From: a virus
Taxonomy: Duplodnaviria; Caudoviricetes
Length of the DNA stretch: 45,525 bases
Virus record (IMG/VR): IMGVR_UViG_3300033168_000203
Coordinates: 1-45,525 of that record
Reading direction: 5' to 3' (one strand)
Shown piece after piece: positions 16,644 to 24,604 of the stretch. Position 1 is the first letter of the stretch; each line of letters opens with the position of its first letter. The notes below the pieces were generated by a model. That model worked only from the letters and a program-made list of their open reading frames with translations, was not told where the DNA came from and ran no database searches. Both the position numbers and the translations under genes were made by a program.

Positions 16644-17104
16644 CCATGCACCCCGACCGCCTACTACTTCTGTTGCTGCTGAACGAAACCGTGCTCAACA
16701 CCCACAGATTGGACTCGATTATGACTTCCCAGGAGAACCTCAACACCGACGTCACCGCACTCACCGATGGAATCGCGGCCATCGAAGCCGAGGTAGCCTC
16801 ACTCAAAGCGCAGCCTGCGGCGGCGCAGCTCGACCTGTCTGGCCTCGATGCCGTAGTGAAGCGCGTTCGTGGCGATGTGCCAGCGGCACCGCCCCAGTCG
16901 CCTGCATCTGCGGCACCTGCGGCACCCGCACCTGCAGGCCAGGCCAGCGGACCCGCCACCGGGGACAGCATCCCCGCACCTGGCGCACCATCTGCCGCAG
17001 CACCGGCTGAAGCCGCACCACCAGCCGCCCCGGCCGACGCCGCCCCGGCAGCGACCACACCCAGCGGGCTGACTCCCCCGGCAACCGGCGCCACCCCAGC
17101 CTGA
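16640..17104 (+). CDS. Coiled-coil plus Pro/Ala-rich tail protein (alternative start 16721)
   Basis: 'LNTDVTALTDGIAAIEAEVASLK' followed by a low-complexity P/A tail. Confidence 0.7.
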   Translation: MTMHPDRLLLLLLLNETVLNTHRLDSIMTSQENLNTDVTALTDGIAAIEAEVASLKAQPAAAQLDLSGLDAVVKRVRGDVPAAPPQSPASAAPAAPAPAGQASGPATGDSIPAPGAPSAAAPAEAAPPAAPADAAPAATTPSGLTPPATGATPA

Positions 17105-17150
17105 GGCGTCCGATCCGAGTTCATCGACGACCACATGGGAGTGAACACAG

Positions 17151-17282
17151 ATGGGAAAGCCCAGCAAGGGAACTCCGGCCGACAAGCGGCTGAAGGCGAA
17201 CAAAACGTCCACCGCGAAGACAGCATCGGGTGCTGCACCCAAGTTCGGCTCACCCGCCTGGAAAGCCAAGTACGGCAAGTGA
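17151..17282 (+). CDS. 43-aa Lys-rich basic peptide (not in ORF track)
   Basis: MGKPSKGTPADKRLKANKTSTAKTASGAAPKFGSPAWKAKYGK; GGGAG RBS at 17137; stop overlaps the GTG of the next gene (GTGA). Confidence 0.7.
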   Translation: MGKPSKGTPADKRLKANKTSTAKTASGAAPKFGSPAWKAKYGK

Positions 17283-18010
17283 AGGAACTGGCCGAGTGGG
17301 TTCGCGAGGAAGTGGACCCGTTCCGCGAAGCCGACCCCGCTTGGTTGGCGTCTCACCACTTCCTCCGCGACCCGGTGCGCCCCACCTACGTGGACTCCAC
17401 GATGATGTTCGCCCCCGCGGACGGGGTGATCCTCTACCAAGTGGAGGTTGAGCCCACCGACCCAGTTTTAGACATCAAGGGCCGGGACTACACGGTTCGT
17501 GACGTGCTCGCCGACCCCCATTTCGAGGGTCGAGCACTGGTCATCGGCATCTTCCTCACGTTCTACGACGTGCACACGCAACGCATCCCCTACGGGGGCA
17601 CGTTGACGTGGCGTGAGGCGCCGACACTGACCACCATCAATAAACCGATGTTGGCCGCGGAACGGCACCTGCTGAACGCGCTGCGCGTCCCCGGCGCCGA
17701 ATATAATCAATATTTGCACAAGAACGAGCGGGTCGTGAGCCGCATCGCCGCCGCTGACCTGCAGTTATATTATTATGTGGTGCAGATCGCGGACTACGAC
17801 GTGGACTGCATAACCCAGTTCAACTTGGTGCAGAACGAGAGCGTCGGCCAAGGGGACCGTTTCGGCGCCATCCGCTACGGGTCGCAGGTGGAGCTGGTCG
17901 TGCCGATCACCGAGCACTTGGAGCTGTCCACCTGCTTCGAGGTGGGGCAACACGTGGAAGCTGGACAAGACCCCCTCGTGAAGGTCAAACGTCTCAGAGA
18001 GGCAGTTTAG
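17279..18010 (+). CDS. Phosphatidylserine decarboxylase-family pyruvoyl proenzyme, no membrane anchor
   Basis: 'FLRDP', 'APADG', 'IFLTFYDVH..R.P', and self-cleavage motif 'YGSQVELVVP' (Ser codon 17882). Confidence 0.88.
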   Translation: MKELAEWVREEVDPFREADPAWLASHHFLRDPVRPTYVDSTMMFAPADGVILYQVEVEPTDPVLDIKGRDYTVRDVLADPHFEGRALVIGIFLTFYDVHTQRIPYGGTLTWREAPTLTTINKPMLAAERHLLNALRVPGAEYNQYLHKNERVVSRIAAADLQLYYYVVQIADYDVDCITQFNLVQNESVGQGDRFGAIRYGSQVELVVPITEHLELSTCFEVGQHVEAGQDPLVKVKRLREAV

Positions 18011-18924
18011 TGCTCGCCACCGATCCGACGCAGCTCCCGCATCCCACGTTTCTGATGAACTACCCGTTCAGCTTCGCGATCGACGCACCCAACAATGTGT
18101 GGATGCGTGAGGCAAAGGGCGACGAGCTGACACTGGACCTTGAGAAGGCCGGCGCCCAGTGGGGCGACTTGTACGGAACCCTCGCTGCGGACTCGTTGGT
18201 ATATATATTGCCGACACCAACCGAAGCCCTTGGTTTGCAGGACTTGGTGTTCACCGCGAACCTCGGGGTGACCATGGAACACACGGGGCAGGTGGTGCTC
18301 AGCAACTTCACCGCCACCGAACGGGTCGGTGAGGCCGCGGTGGGCAAACCGTTTCTGCAGTCGATGAACCTTGACGTGCTGGAACCTGCCGCCAAGTTCG
18401 AGGGCGAAGCGGACCTCAAACACCTGCATGACAACGTGTACGTCGGTGGCTACGGGCAGCGCAGCAGCCGGGTCGCACTGGACTGGATCGCCGAGCAGAC
18501 CGACGCCCTCATCCTGCCTGTACAGCTACAGGATGAGTACCTGTACCACCTCGATTGCTCTGTCTTCCCGCTGACCGCCACGCAGACGATGGTGTGCTGC
18601 GACATGTTCGAGGACGACGAACTCGGGGCGTTGGATGAGGAAACCGAGGTCATCGACGTGTCCGAGGACGCGGCGTACTCGGGTATCTGCAACTCGGTGC
18701 GCGTGCACAACGTGATCGTGAACCACTCCAACATTCACGACTTGAAACGCGGCACCGAGGATTACCAGCTTGAGGTGAAGAAGAACCGCGAGCTGGAGGA
18801 CATCGCCGCGAAGATGGGGTTCGAGGTGTGTTACGTGAACATCAGCGAGCTGGCGAAGGGTGGGGCGATGTTGTCCTGCCTGGTGATGCACCTCAACCGC
18901 TGGTCGTACGGCGTGGACTACTGA
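18010..18924 (+). CDS. Amidinotransferase/DDAH superfamily enzyme, ArgZ/AgrE arginine dihydrolase-like
   Basis: 'FLM..P....N.WM', 'DLVFTAN', 'ER.GE', 'FEGEAD', 'GYG.RS', 'YHLDC', 'E..KGG..LSCL' (Cys-His-acid catalytic set). Confidence 0.9.
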   Translation: MLATDPTQLPHPTFLMNYPFSFAIDAPNNVWMREAKGDELTLDLEKAGAQWGDLYGTLAADSLVYILPTPTEALGLQDLVFTANLGVTMEHTGQVVLSNFTATERVGEAAVGKPFLQSMNLDVLEPAAKFEGEADLKHLHDNVYVGGYGQRSSRVALDWIAEQTDALILPVQLQDEYLYHLDCSVFPLTATQTMVCCDMFEDDELGALDEETEVIDVSEDAAYSGICNSVRVHNVIVNHSNIHDLKRGTEDYQLEVKKNRELEDIAAKMGFEVCYVNISELAKGGAMLSCLVMHLNRWSYGVDY

Positions 18925-18982
18925 ATATATATTTGTGTGGACCCATCGCGCCTGCCTGCAATATATAATAAGGATTGCGCGC

Positions 18983-19225
18983 TCATGCCCGACCTCGCGC
19001 GATGCGAACTGTGCTGATCGACAGGCCGGACTGCTCGGCCGCCTTGGCCAAGCCAATCCGGTCGGCGAGCGTGGCGATCGCGGTGTCTCGGAACTGGCGG
19101 GCTTCGCGTACCTTTGCTTCGCCGTTGGCGATGTAGGCCGTTGCTCCTTGTACTGCCGCGAGACCGGTGAGCTTCTTCAATGCGTCCAGGGTGGCTGGCG
19201 TGTCTGGTGTTGGTGTAGTTGCCAT
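18983..19225 (-). CDS. Small HTH protein
   Basis: 'RDTAIATL..RIGLAKAAEQSGLSISTVRI'. Confidence 0.7.
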   Translation of the reverse strand: MATTPTPDTPATLDALKKLTGLAAVQGATAYIANGEAKVREARQFRDTAIATLADRIGLAKAAEQSGLSISTVRIARGRA

Positions 19226-19272
19226 GCCACCATGTTACCACGTTGGCATGCTACGGGTGTCATGCTATCGGC

Positions 19273-19419
19273 ATGACACTGAACCAGTTCCGCCGGGCGC
19301 TCTACAAGACCCAACGGACCATCGGAGACGGGCAGGCCGCGAAGCGTGGCCCCAACGTTTACGCCAGGCGCATCGTCCGCAGGCGGGTCACTCGTGCGGC
19401 GTTTAGGCTGCTGCGATGA
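19273..19419 (+). CDS. 48-aa Arg-rich basic protein
   Basis: MTLNQFRRALYKTQRTIGDGQAAKRGPNVYARRIVRRRVTRAAFRLLR; divergent from the HTH gene. Confidence 0.65.
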   Translation: MTLNQFRRALYKTQRTIGDGQAAKRGPNVYARRIVRRRVTRAAFRLLR

Positions 19420-19619
19420 CACGCCAGCCGATTCCGGCTCTGGGTCTGGCGCAGGCGCTGGGATGGCTGTCGTACACCTGCCGGTGCGGGAATCTAGTGC
19501 CGCACGGTCTGCCATCGAAGTACTGCCCAGGATCGGACGTAGAAGGGCCGCTCTGGGCTGAGTACTTGGCGGTGGCTCACGACCACGTCCACTGGGCAAC
19601 TGTCACGCCGCCCTCTTAG
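19416..19619 (+). CDS. Small protein with CRCG..HGL..CPGSD motif
   Basis: 'CRCGNLVPHGLPSKYCPGSDVEGPL'. Confidence 0.55.
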   Translation: MTRQPIPALGLAQALGWLSYTCRCGNLVPHGLPSKYCPGSDVEGPLWAEYLAVAHDHVHWATVTPPS

Positions 19620-19628
19620 ACTGCTGCG

Positions 19629-19880
19629 ATGAAAGCAACCCGAGTGGACCAAGACGGATCGGTGCACTGCCCCAACTGCAACGGCACCTCGTTCGCCATG
19701 AAGCGGTCCGTCAAAGGCAAGATCACCGCCGGGATCGCCGCCCCGAAGCGGGTGCACTGCATGGGCTGCGGTGCCAACCTCAAACCAGGCAAGGGCAAGC
19801 CGGGCAAGCCAACGTTCGCGGAGATTGAGCAGCAGATCATCGCACGCAAAGCCGCCGAGGACACTCACGGCACCGACTGA
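19629..19880 (+). CDS. Zn-ribbon protein
   Basis: 'CPNCNG...CMGCG'; TAGACT -10 6 nt upstream (leaderless). Confidence 0.7.
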   Translation: MKATRVDQDGSVHCPNCNGTSFAMKRSVKGKITAGIAAPKRVHCMGCGANLKPGKGKPGKPTFAEIEQQIIARKAAEDTHGTD

Positions 19881-19881
19881 T

Positions 19882-20196
19882 ATGAGGTGGACTGTGAACC
19901 CACAACCAACCTCACGATGGGGCCGCGGCAGCACCCGTGCTTCACGCAAGCAACGCGCGGCAGTGCTGCGCCGCTACCCAACCTGCTACATCGCCGGCCC
20001 ACACTGCACCACCACCAGCACCGAGGACGACCACGTGACCCCACTGTCACAGGGCGGCACCGACCACATGGACAACCACCGCGGAGCATGCACCGTCTGT
20101 CACCGTGAGAAGTCACAACAGGAAGCAGCCACAGGCGCCACACGCTGGCACGCAGGCGCACGACACCCGGTTGAGCAGCATCCCGGTTTGAGCTGA
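19882..20196 (+). CDS. Terminase-associated HNH endonuclease
   Basis: 'C......C.....DDHVTPLSQGGTDHMDNHRGACTVCHREKS..EA'; 'HPGL' end; upstream of terminase. Confidence 0.88.
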   Translation: MRWTVNPQPTSRWGRGSTRASRKQRAAVLRRYPTCYIAGPHCTTTSTEDDHVTPLSQGGTDHMDNHRGACTVCHREKSQQEAATGATRWHAGARHPVEQHPGLS

Positions 20197-20480
20197 ACCG
20201 AGACGTTTAGCAATACAATATATATAATGGTTGAGCCGAACTGAGGCGTTTAGCAATAATATATATAATGGTTGGCGATTAGGTATTGCTGCAATATATG
20301 TAATAAATAGGGTCCTGACCGGCGAGCAATAGTTATTATATAATAACCGCACTTCCGGTTAGCAAATTGCTATTAATATATAGCAAGGGTACCCGCCTAG
20401 CAATTATTAATATATATCCCGACCGGGTGTTGCTATTATAACTATATTAACTGCCCGCCATTATAGTTATAATATATAAA
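20188..20480. repeat. AT-tract array (~8 units) with a ~42-bp tandem duplication
   Basis: 20188-20230 and 20231-20271 are near-identical; tracts mostly start with (T)AGCAA(T) or TTGCT and are separated by GC-rich spacers. Confidence 0.9.
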
Positions 20481-20556
20481 GGGGTAGGGGGGGCACCCCC
20501 ACCACCCACCCGGCGGACACCGCTCAGTTTGGCCGCTTCGCCCGTGCGAGCGGTTT
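20481..20556. other. Candidate cos/packaging region
   Basis: Between HNH and terminase small subunit, with G-run/C-run. CGCTCAGTTT (20521-20530) is only a guess for a 3' overhang. Confidence 0.4.
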
Positions 20557-20618
20557 CGTGGGCTTTTGCACCGTCCCCAGCCCGTCATGGGCACCCGTTC
20601 CCGCCATGGGAGGTAGTT

Positions 20619-20993
20619 GTGGCCACTACAGCAAGGATTCCCGCTCAGCTTGCCGATGAGGGCTTGCGGTTGTGGTCTGAGATCACCTCCAGCTACGACT
20701 TGCGCCCGGATGAGGTGCGGGTGTTGGCCGATGCTTGCCGTGAGGCGGACATCGTTGAGCGACTCGAAGTTGAGCTGCGCGATGAGCCGCTGATGGTGAA
20801 GGGTTCGCAGGGCCAGTTGGTGGCTTCGCCGTTGGTGTCGGAGGTGCGCCAGCATCGGACGGTGTTGTCGGCGTTGCTGAAGGCGTTGAAGTTGCCGGAC
20901 ACGAACGCGACGGCGAAGCAGAAGGATGAGCGGGTGTCGGAGCAGGCCCGGAAGGCGGCGCGGGCCCGGTGGGAACGCCCACGGGTCAGTTGA
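20619..20993 (+). CDS. terS: Terminase small subunit
   Basis: GGAGG RBS; 'G.RLW..I...Y.L...E...L..ACR.AD....L', 'GSQGQ..ASPL..EVRQ.R..L..LLK.L.LP'. Confidence 0.88.
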   Translation: MATTARIPAQLADEGLRLWSEITSSYDLRPDEVRVLADACREADIVERLEVELRDEPLMVKGSQGQLVASPLVSEVRQHRTVLSALLKALKLPDTNATAKQKDERVSEQARKAARARWERPRVS

Positions 20994-22663
20994 CGCCGCA
21001 TCTGCGGTACGCGGATGACGGTCTTCCGGAGGGTTGGCCGCAGGACGTTGGGATCCCCACGTTGGGGTTGGACGTGTTGGCGTGGTCGGAGACGGAGCTC
21101 GCTCAGCCCGATGGCGACCTTACGGGCGAGCCGTGGGCGTGGCGGGACTCGCAGGCCCGGTTCTTGTGCTGGTGGTACGCCATCGACGCCCAGGGCAGGT
21201 GGTTGTGGCGTCGAGGGCAGATCGTTCTGCCGAAGGGTGCCGGTAAGTCGCCGGTCGCGGCGGCGGTGTCGTGTTGTGAGTTGGCGGGGCCGGTGCATTT
21301 CGACGGTTGGACAGCCGCTGGCGACCCTGTTGGGCGCCCGCACCCGTCGCCGTGGGTGCAGTTGGCTGCGGTCAGCTCTGACCAGACCGAGAACACAATG
21401 GCTTTGGCGTTGTCCATGCTGCGGGAAGGCCGCGCCGCCGATTCGGTGCCTGGTTTGGACCTTGGGGTGACCCGGATACGCACCCGCAACGGGTTTCTGC
21501 AGCCGGTGACCGCTTCGGCCCCGTCGCGTGAGGGTCAGCGGTCCACGGCAGCAATTCTGGACGAGTCGCATTTGTGGAACCGGGCCAATGGTGGGGTTCG
21601 GTTGGCGGCGACGATCCGCCGGAACTTGGCGAAGATGGGCGGCAGGTCGATCGAGACCACGAACACGTGGGTTCCCGGTGTGGGCTCGGTCGCTCAGATG
21701 ACTTTCGAGTACGCCACCAAGGTTCGGGAAGCCCTCGATGACCCCACGAGGGTTGAGGCGCTCGGGAAAGAGGGTGGGGTGCTTCGTTGGCACCCTTCGG
21801 TGTCGGTGCCGAACCTCGCGGACGTTGTGTCACTGCGCTCCGGGTTGGAGGAGTTGTACAGGGACTCCCCGTGGGTGAGCATCAACCGGTTGATGGCTGA
21901 AATCACCGACCTCGGAACCGATCCGCAGGACGCCCGCCGGTACTACCTCAACGAGATCACCCACGCCTCCGATTCGTGGCTTTCCGCGCCGGAGTGGGCT
22001 GCCTGCGGGCCGCTCCGGGATGAACCGGACACCATCAAGGTGGTCGGTGACCGCGATCCGGTGGTGTTGGGTTTCGACGGGTCCCGGCATCGTGCGTTCG
22101 GGGTCACTGATGCCACCGCGCTGGTCGGGTGCCGCGTTTCGGACGGGCACGTCTTCCAGGTTCGGGTGTGGGAGCAGCCCGACAACACCGACGACTGGGA
22201 AGTGCCCACCACAGAGGTTGACGCTGAGGTGCATGGGGCATTCGCGAAGTACAACGTGGTGGGTTTCTACGCCGACCCCGCCAAGTGGGAGTCCTACATT
22301 GCCTCGTGGGAGGCGAAGTACGGTTCGCGGCTGAAGGTGAAGTCAACCCGCAACCATCCGATCGAGTGGTGGATGGTCGGCGGTCGTGCTTTGCAGACGG
22401 TGCGGGCGTTGGAGCAGTTCTACTCGGCTGTGGTGGACAACGAGATGAGCCACGACGGTTCCAGTGCTTTGACCCGCCACATCCTGAACGCGCGCCGCCG
22501 GGTGTCCACCGCCGGCACCCAAATCGCCAAGGCCAATCCTGACTCGCCACTGAAGATTGATGCTGCTGTGGCCGCGGTCCTCGCCTGGCAGGCCCGTTTG
22601 GACGCTTTGGCTGCCGGTGTTGGTGCGCAGAGCAGAAAAGTCATTCCATCGCGTATCCGTTGA
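20990..22663 (+). CDS. terL: Terminase large subunit
   Basis: 'PKGAGKS', 'AAVSSDQ', 'ILDESH', nuclease 'LGFDGS...DATAL', 'KIDAAVA'. Confidence 0.96.
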   Translation: MTPHLRYADDGLPEGWPQDVGIPTLGLDVLAWSETELAQPDGDLTGEPWAWRDSQARFLCWWYAIDAQGRWLWRRGQIVLPKGAGKSPVAAAVSCCELAGPVHFDGWTAAGDPVGRPHPSPWVQLAAVSSDQTENTMALALSMLREGRAADSVPGLDLGVTRIRTRNGFLQPVTASAPSREGQRSTAAILDESHLWNRANGGVRLAATIRRNLAKMGGRSIETTNTWVPGVGSVAQMTFEYATKVREALDDPTRVEALGKEGGVLRWHPSVSVPNLADVVSLRSGLEELYRDSPWVSINRLMAEITDLGTDPQDARRYYLNEITHASDSWLSAPEWAACGPLRDEPDTIKVVGDRDPVVLGFDGSRHRAFGVTDATALVGCRVSDGHVFQVRVWEQPDNTDDWEVPTTEVDAEVHGAFAKYNVVGFYADPAKWESYIASWEAKYGSRLKVKSTRNHPIEWWMVGGRALQTVRALEQFYSAVVDNEMSHDGSSALTRHILNARRRVSTAGTQIAKANPDSPLKIDAAVAAVLAWQARLDALAAGVGAQSRKVIPSRIR

Positions 22664-22680
22664 CCTGGAAGGGGGCTCAC

Positions 22681-24234
22681 GTGATCGATACGACGGTCCC
22701 CGGTACCCCCGGTTTTTGGATGAAGACGCTGTGGAACCAACTGCAGGCGGAGCAGCGCCGGTTCAAGTTGCTGGAGGACTATTACTCGGGTCGGCCGCCG
22801 TTGGCGTGGGGTTCGGAGGACTCGAAGGCCCGGTTTTACCGGTTTCAGCAGACTTCCCGAACTAACTTCGCGAAGCTGATCATCAAAGCGCCGTCGTCGC
22901 GGTGCGGCATCCGTTCGGTCGCCACAGCCGCGGATCACGACGAGAACGGTGATCAGGTGGCGTGGCAGTTGTTGCGCGCCAACGACGCCCAGGTGCATTT
23001 CTCCGATGTGACACGGACGGCGTTCAAGTTCGGTCGCTCGTTCATGTCGGTGGGTTCACCGGACCCGGAGGTTGATTCGGTGAATGCGGTGATCACCGCG
23101 GAGGACCCGCGGCAAGTGGTGTGTTCGATGGACCCGATGCGCCCTCGCCGGGTGGTGGCGGCGTTCAAGTTGTACCACGACGACCAGGCTCAACTCGACA
23201 TCGCGATCTTGTGGTTGCCGGGTGAGAAGTGGGTGGCGACGCGGGAGCGGAAGGTGTCCAGTCAGTCGCAGGTCCGTAATCGTGGACTGTTGGCGATGAT
23301 GGAACCGACCCCGGTGTCGTTCTCGGCCAGTTCGTTCGAGATGCGCCCGTTCGAGGGTGACCCTGTTGACGACGGTGACGACGACGGCGGTGTTCCGGAC
23401 GTTGACGACGGGATATTCTCGGAACGCTACGAGGTTCGGGACATTCCGGTGGTCCCGTTCAACTACGACGAGGGATCAGGTCGGTACGAGTTGCACACCG
23501 ACCTGTTGGACCGGATCAACCACCTGCACCTGCAGCTCATCGTCATCGCCACGTTGCAAGCGTTCCGGCAGCGGGCCATTGAGATTCAGAGCGCCGACGA
23601 CATGCCGGAGCGGGACGACGACGGCAACCTGATCGACTACAACGACATTTTCGCCGCCGACCCCGGCGCCCTGTGGAAGTTGCCCGCGGGCGCCACCATT
23701 TGGGAGTCCGGGCAGGTGGACTTGATGGGCATTTTGCAGGCCATCAAGGACGCGATCCTGCAGCTCGCGGCGGTCACGCAGACCCCGCTGTCGATGTTCA
23801 CCCCGGACGCGGCCACCCAGACCGCGGAGGGCGCGTCCCTTCAGCGTGAGGGGCTCGTCTCTGATGTGGATGAGTTCCTGCGCGGGGCTGACAGTTCCCT
23901 GGCGCGGGTGCTGTCGCTGGCGTTCAAGTTCATGGGCGATGAGACCCGCGCCGATGTGTCGCAGATCAGTGTGGACTGGTTGCCCACGGAGCGGTATTCA
24001 CTGTCGGAGCAGGGGTCCGCGGCGTCGCAGGCCTTGAGTTCGCTGACGTGGGAGCAGATTCAGCGGATCGTGTGGCAGCAAACTCCTTCACAGATTGATG
24101 CGGCCCAGGTGCAGCGGGTTGCTGATCTGGAGTTGGCGCAGAAGTACGGTCCACCGAAACCGGCCCCGTACGTGTCTTCCACGACTACGGGTTCACCGGC
24201 ACCTGCCGAGGATCCGGCTCTGCCAGCGGCGTAG
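22681..24234 (+). CDS. Portal protein (SPP1 gp6-like)
   Basis: 'L..YY.G', 'TNF..LI', 'LDRIN', 'AFRQR'; position after terL. Confidence 0.92.
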   Translation: MIDTTVPGTPGFWMKTLWNQLQAEQRRFKLLEDYYSGRPPLAWGSEDSKARFYRFQQTSRTNFAKLIIKAPSSRCGIRSVATAADHDENGDQVAWQLLRANDAQVHFSDVTRTAFKFGRSFMSVGSPDPEVDSVNAVITAEDPRQVVCSMDPMRPRRVVAAFKLYHDDQAQLDIAILWLPGEKWVATRERKVSSQSQVRNRGLLAMMEPTPVSFSASSFEMRPFEGDPVDDGDDDGGVPDVDDGIFSERYEVRDIPVVPFNYDEGSGRYELHTDLLDRINHLHLQLIVIATLQAFRQRAIEIQSADDMPERDDDGNLIDYNDIFAADPGALWKLPAGATIWESGQVDLMGILQAIKDAILQLAAVTQTPLSMFTPDAATQTAEGASLQREGLVSDVDEFLRGADSSLARVLSLAFKFMGDETRADVSQISVDWLPTERYSLSEQGSAASQALSSLTWEQIQRIVWQQTPSQIDAAQVQRVADLELAQKYGPPKPAPYVSSTTTGSPAPAEDPALPAA

Positions 24235-24325
24235 TCCGCCCAATACTGCCCACTGCATCGTCTGTGGGTTCGCCCGTCATGGGCACAGCACTCTCCATTA
24301 GCCCCGACAAGGGAGACCCGCCGTC

Positions 24326-24604
24326 ATGGCCAAAACCGCACTGCCCCAGCGCCGATCTGCGCTCATCCGAATGAACACCAGTGACATTGCTGGCCTACTC
24401 GACCTGCCCGACGATCTGACTGTCACGGCTGTGCAGGGCAGGTTTGACCCCCCGCAGGTGATTGTCAGAGTGGAAGGCCCGTCGCTGGGAGAGGTGTCCG
24501 AGGGTGCCGAATCGCCGTACATGGTCCCAGGCATGTGGGCGCGCGAAGAAGTCATGTTCGACGGCAAAACGTACACACGATTCGGATGGGAGCGAGACGC
24601 ATGA
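24326..24604 (+). CDS. Hypothetical protein between portal and scaffold
   Basis: GGGAG RBS; ATGA coupling to scaffold. Confidence 0.65.
   Translation: MAKTALPQRRSALIRMNTSDIAGLLDLPDDLTVTAVQGRFDPPQVIVRVEGPSLGEVSEGAESPYMVPGMWAREEVMFDGKTYTRFGWERDA

Noticed and set aside
17135-17278. N-terminal 48 aa of the tracked 291-aa PSD ORF
   Set aside because: Better explained by the overlapping Lys-rich ORF with its own RBS and GTGA coupling to GTG 17279.
17279-18924. DNA base hypermodification pathway
   Set aside because: No hydroxymethylase, nucleotide kinase, base transferase or phage DNA polymerase was recognised in this near-complete genome. It is not excluded, but unsupported.
20113-20352. 79-aa minus-strand ORF across the AT array
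   Set aside because: No RBS, antisense overlap with the HNH gene, and its composition merely reflects the DNA repeat.
20188-20480. CRISPR array
   Set aside because: Units are not identical repeats, spacers are too short (9-20 bp), and no cas genes are present.
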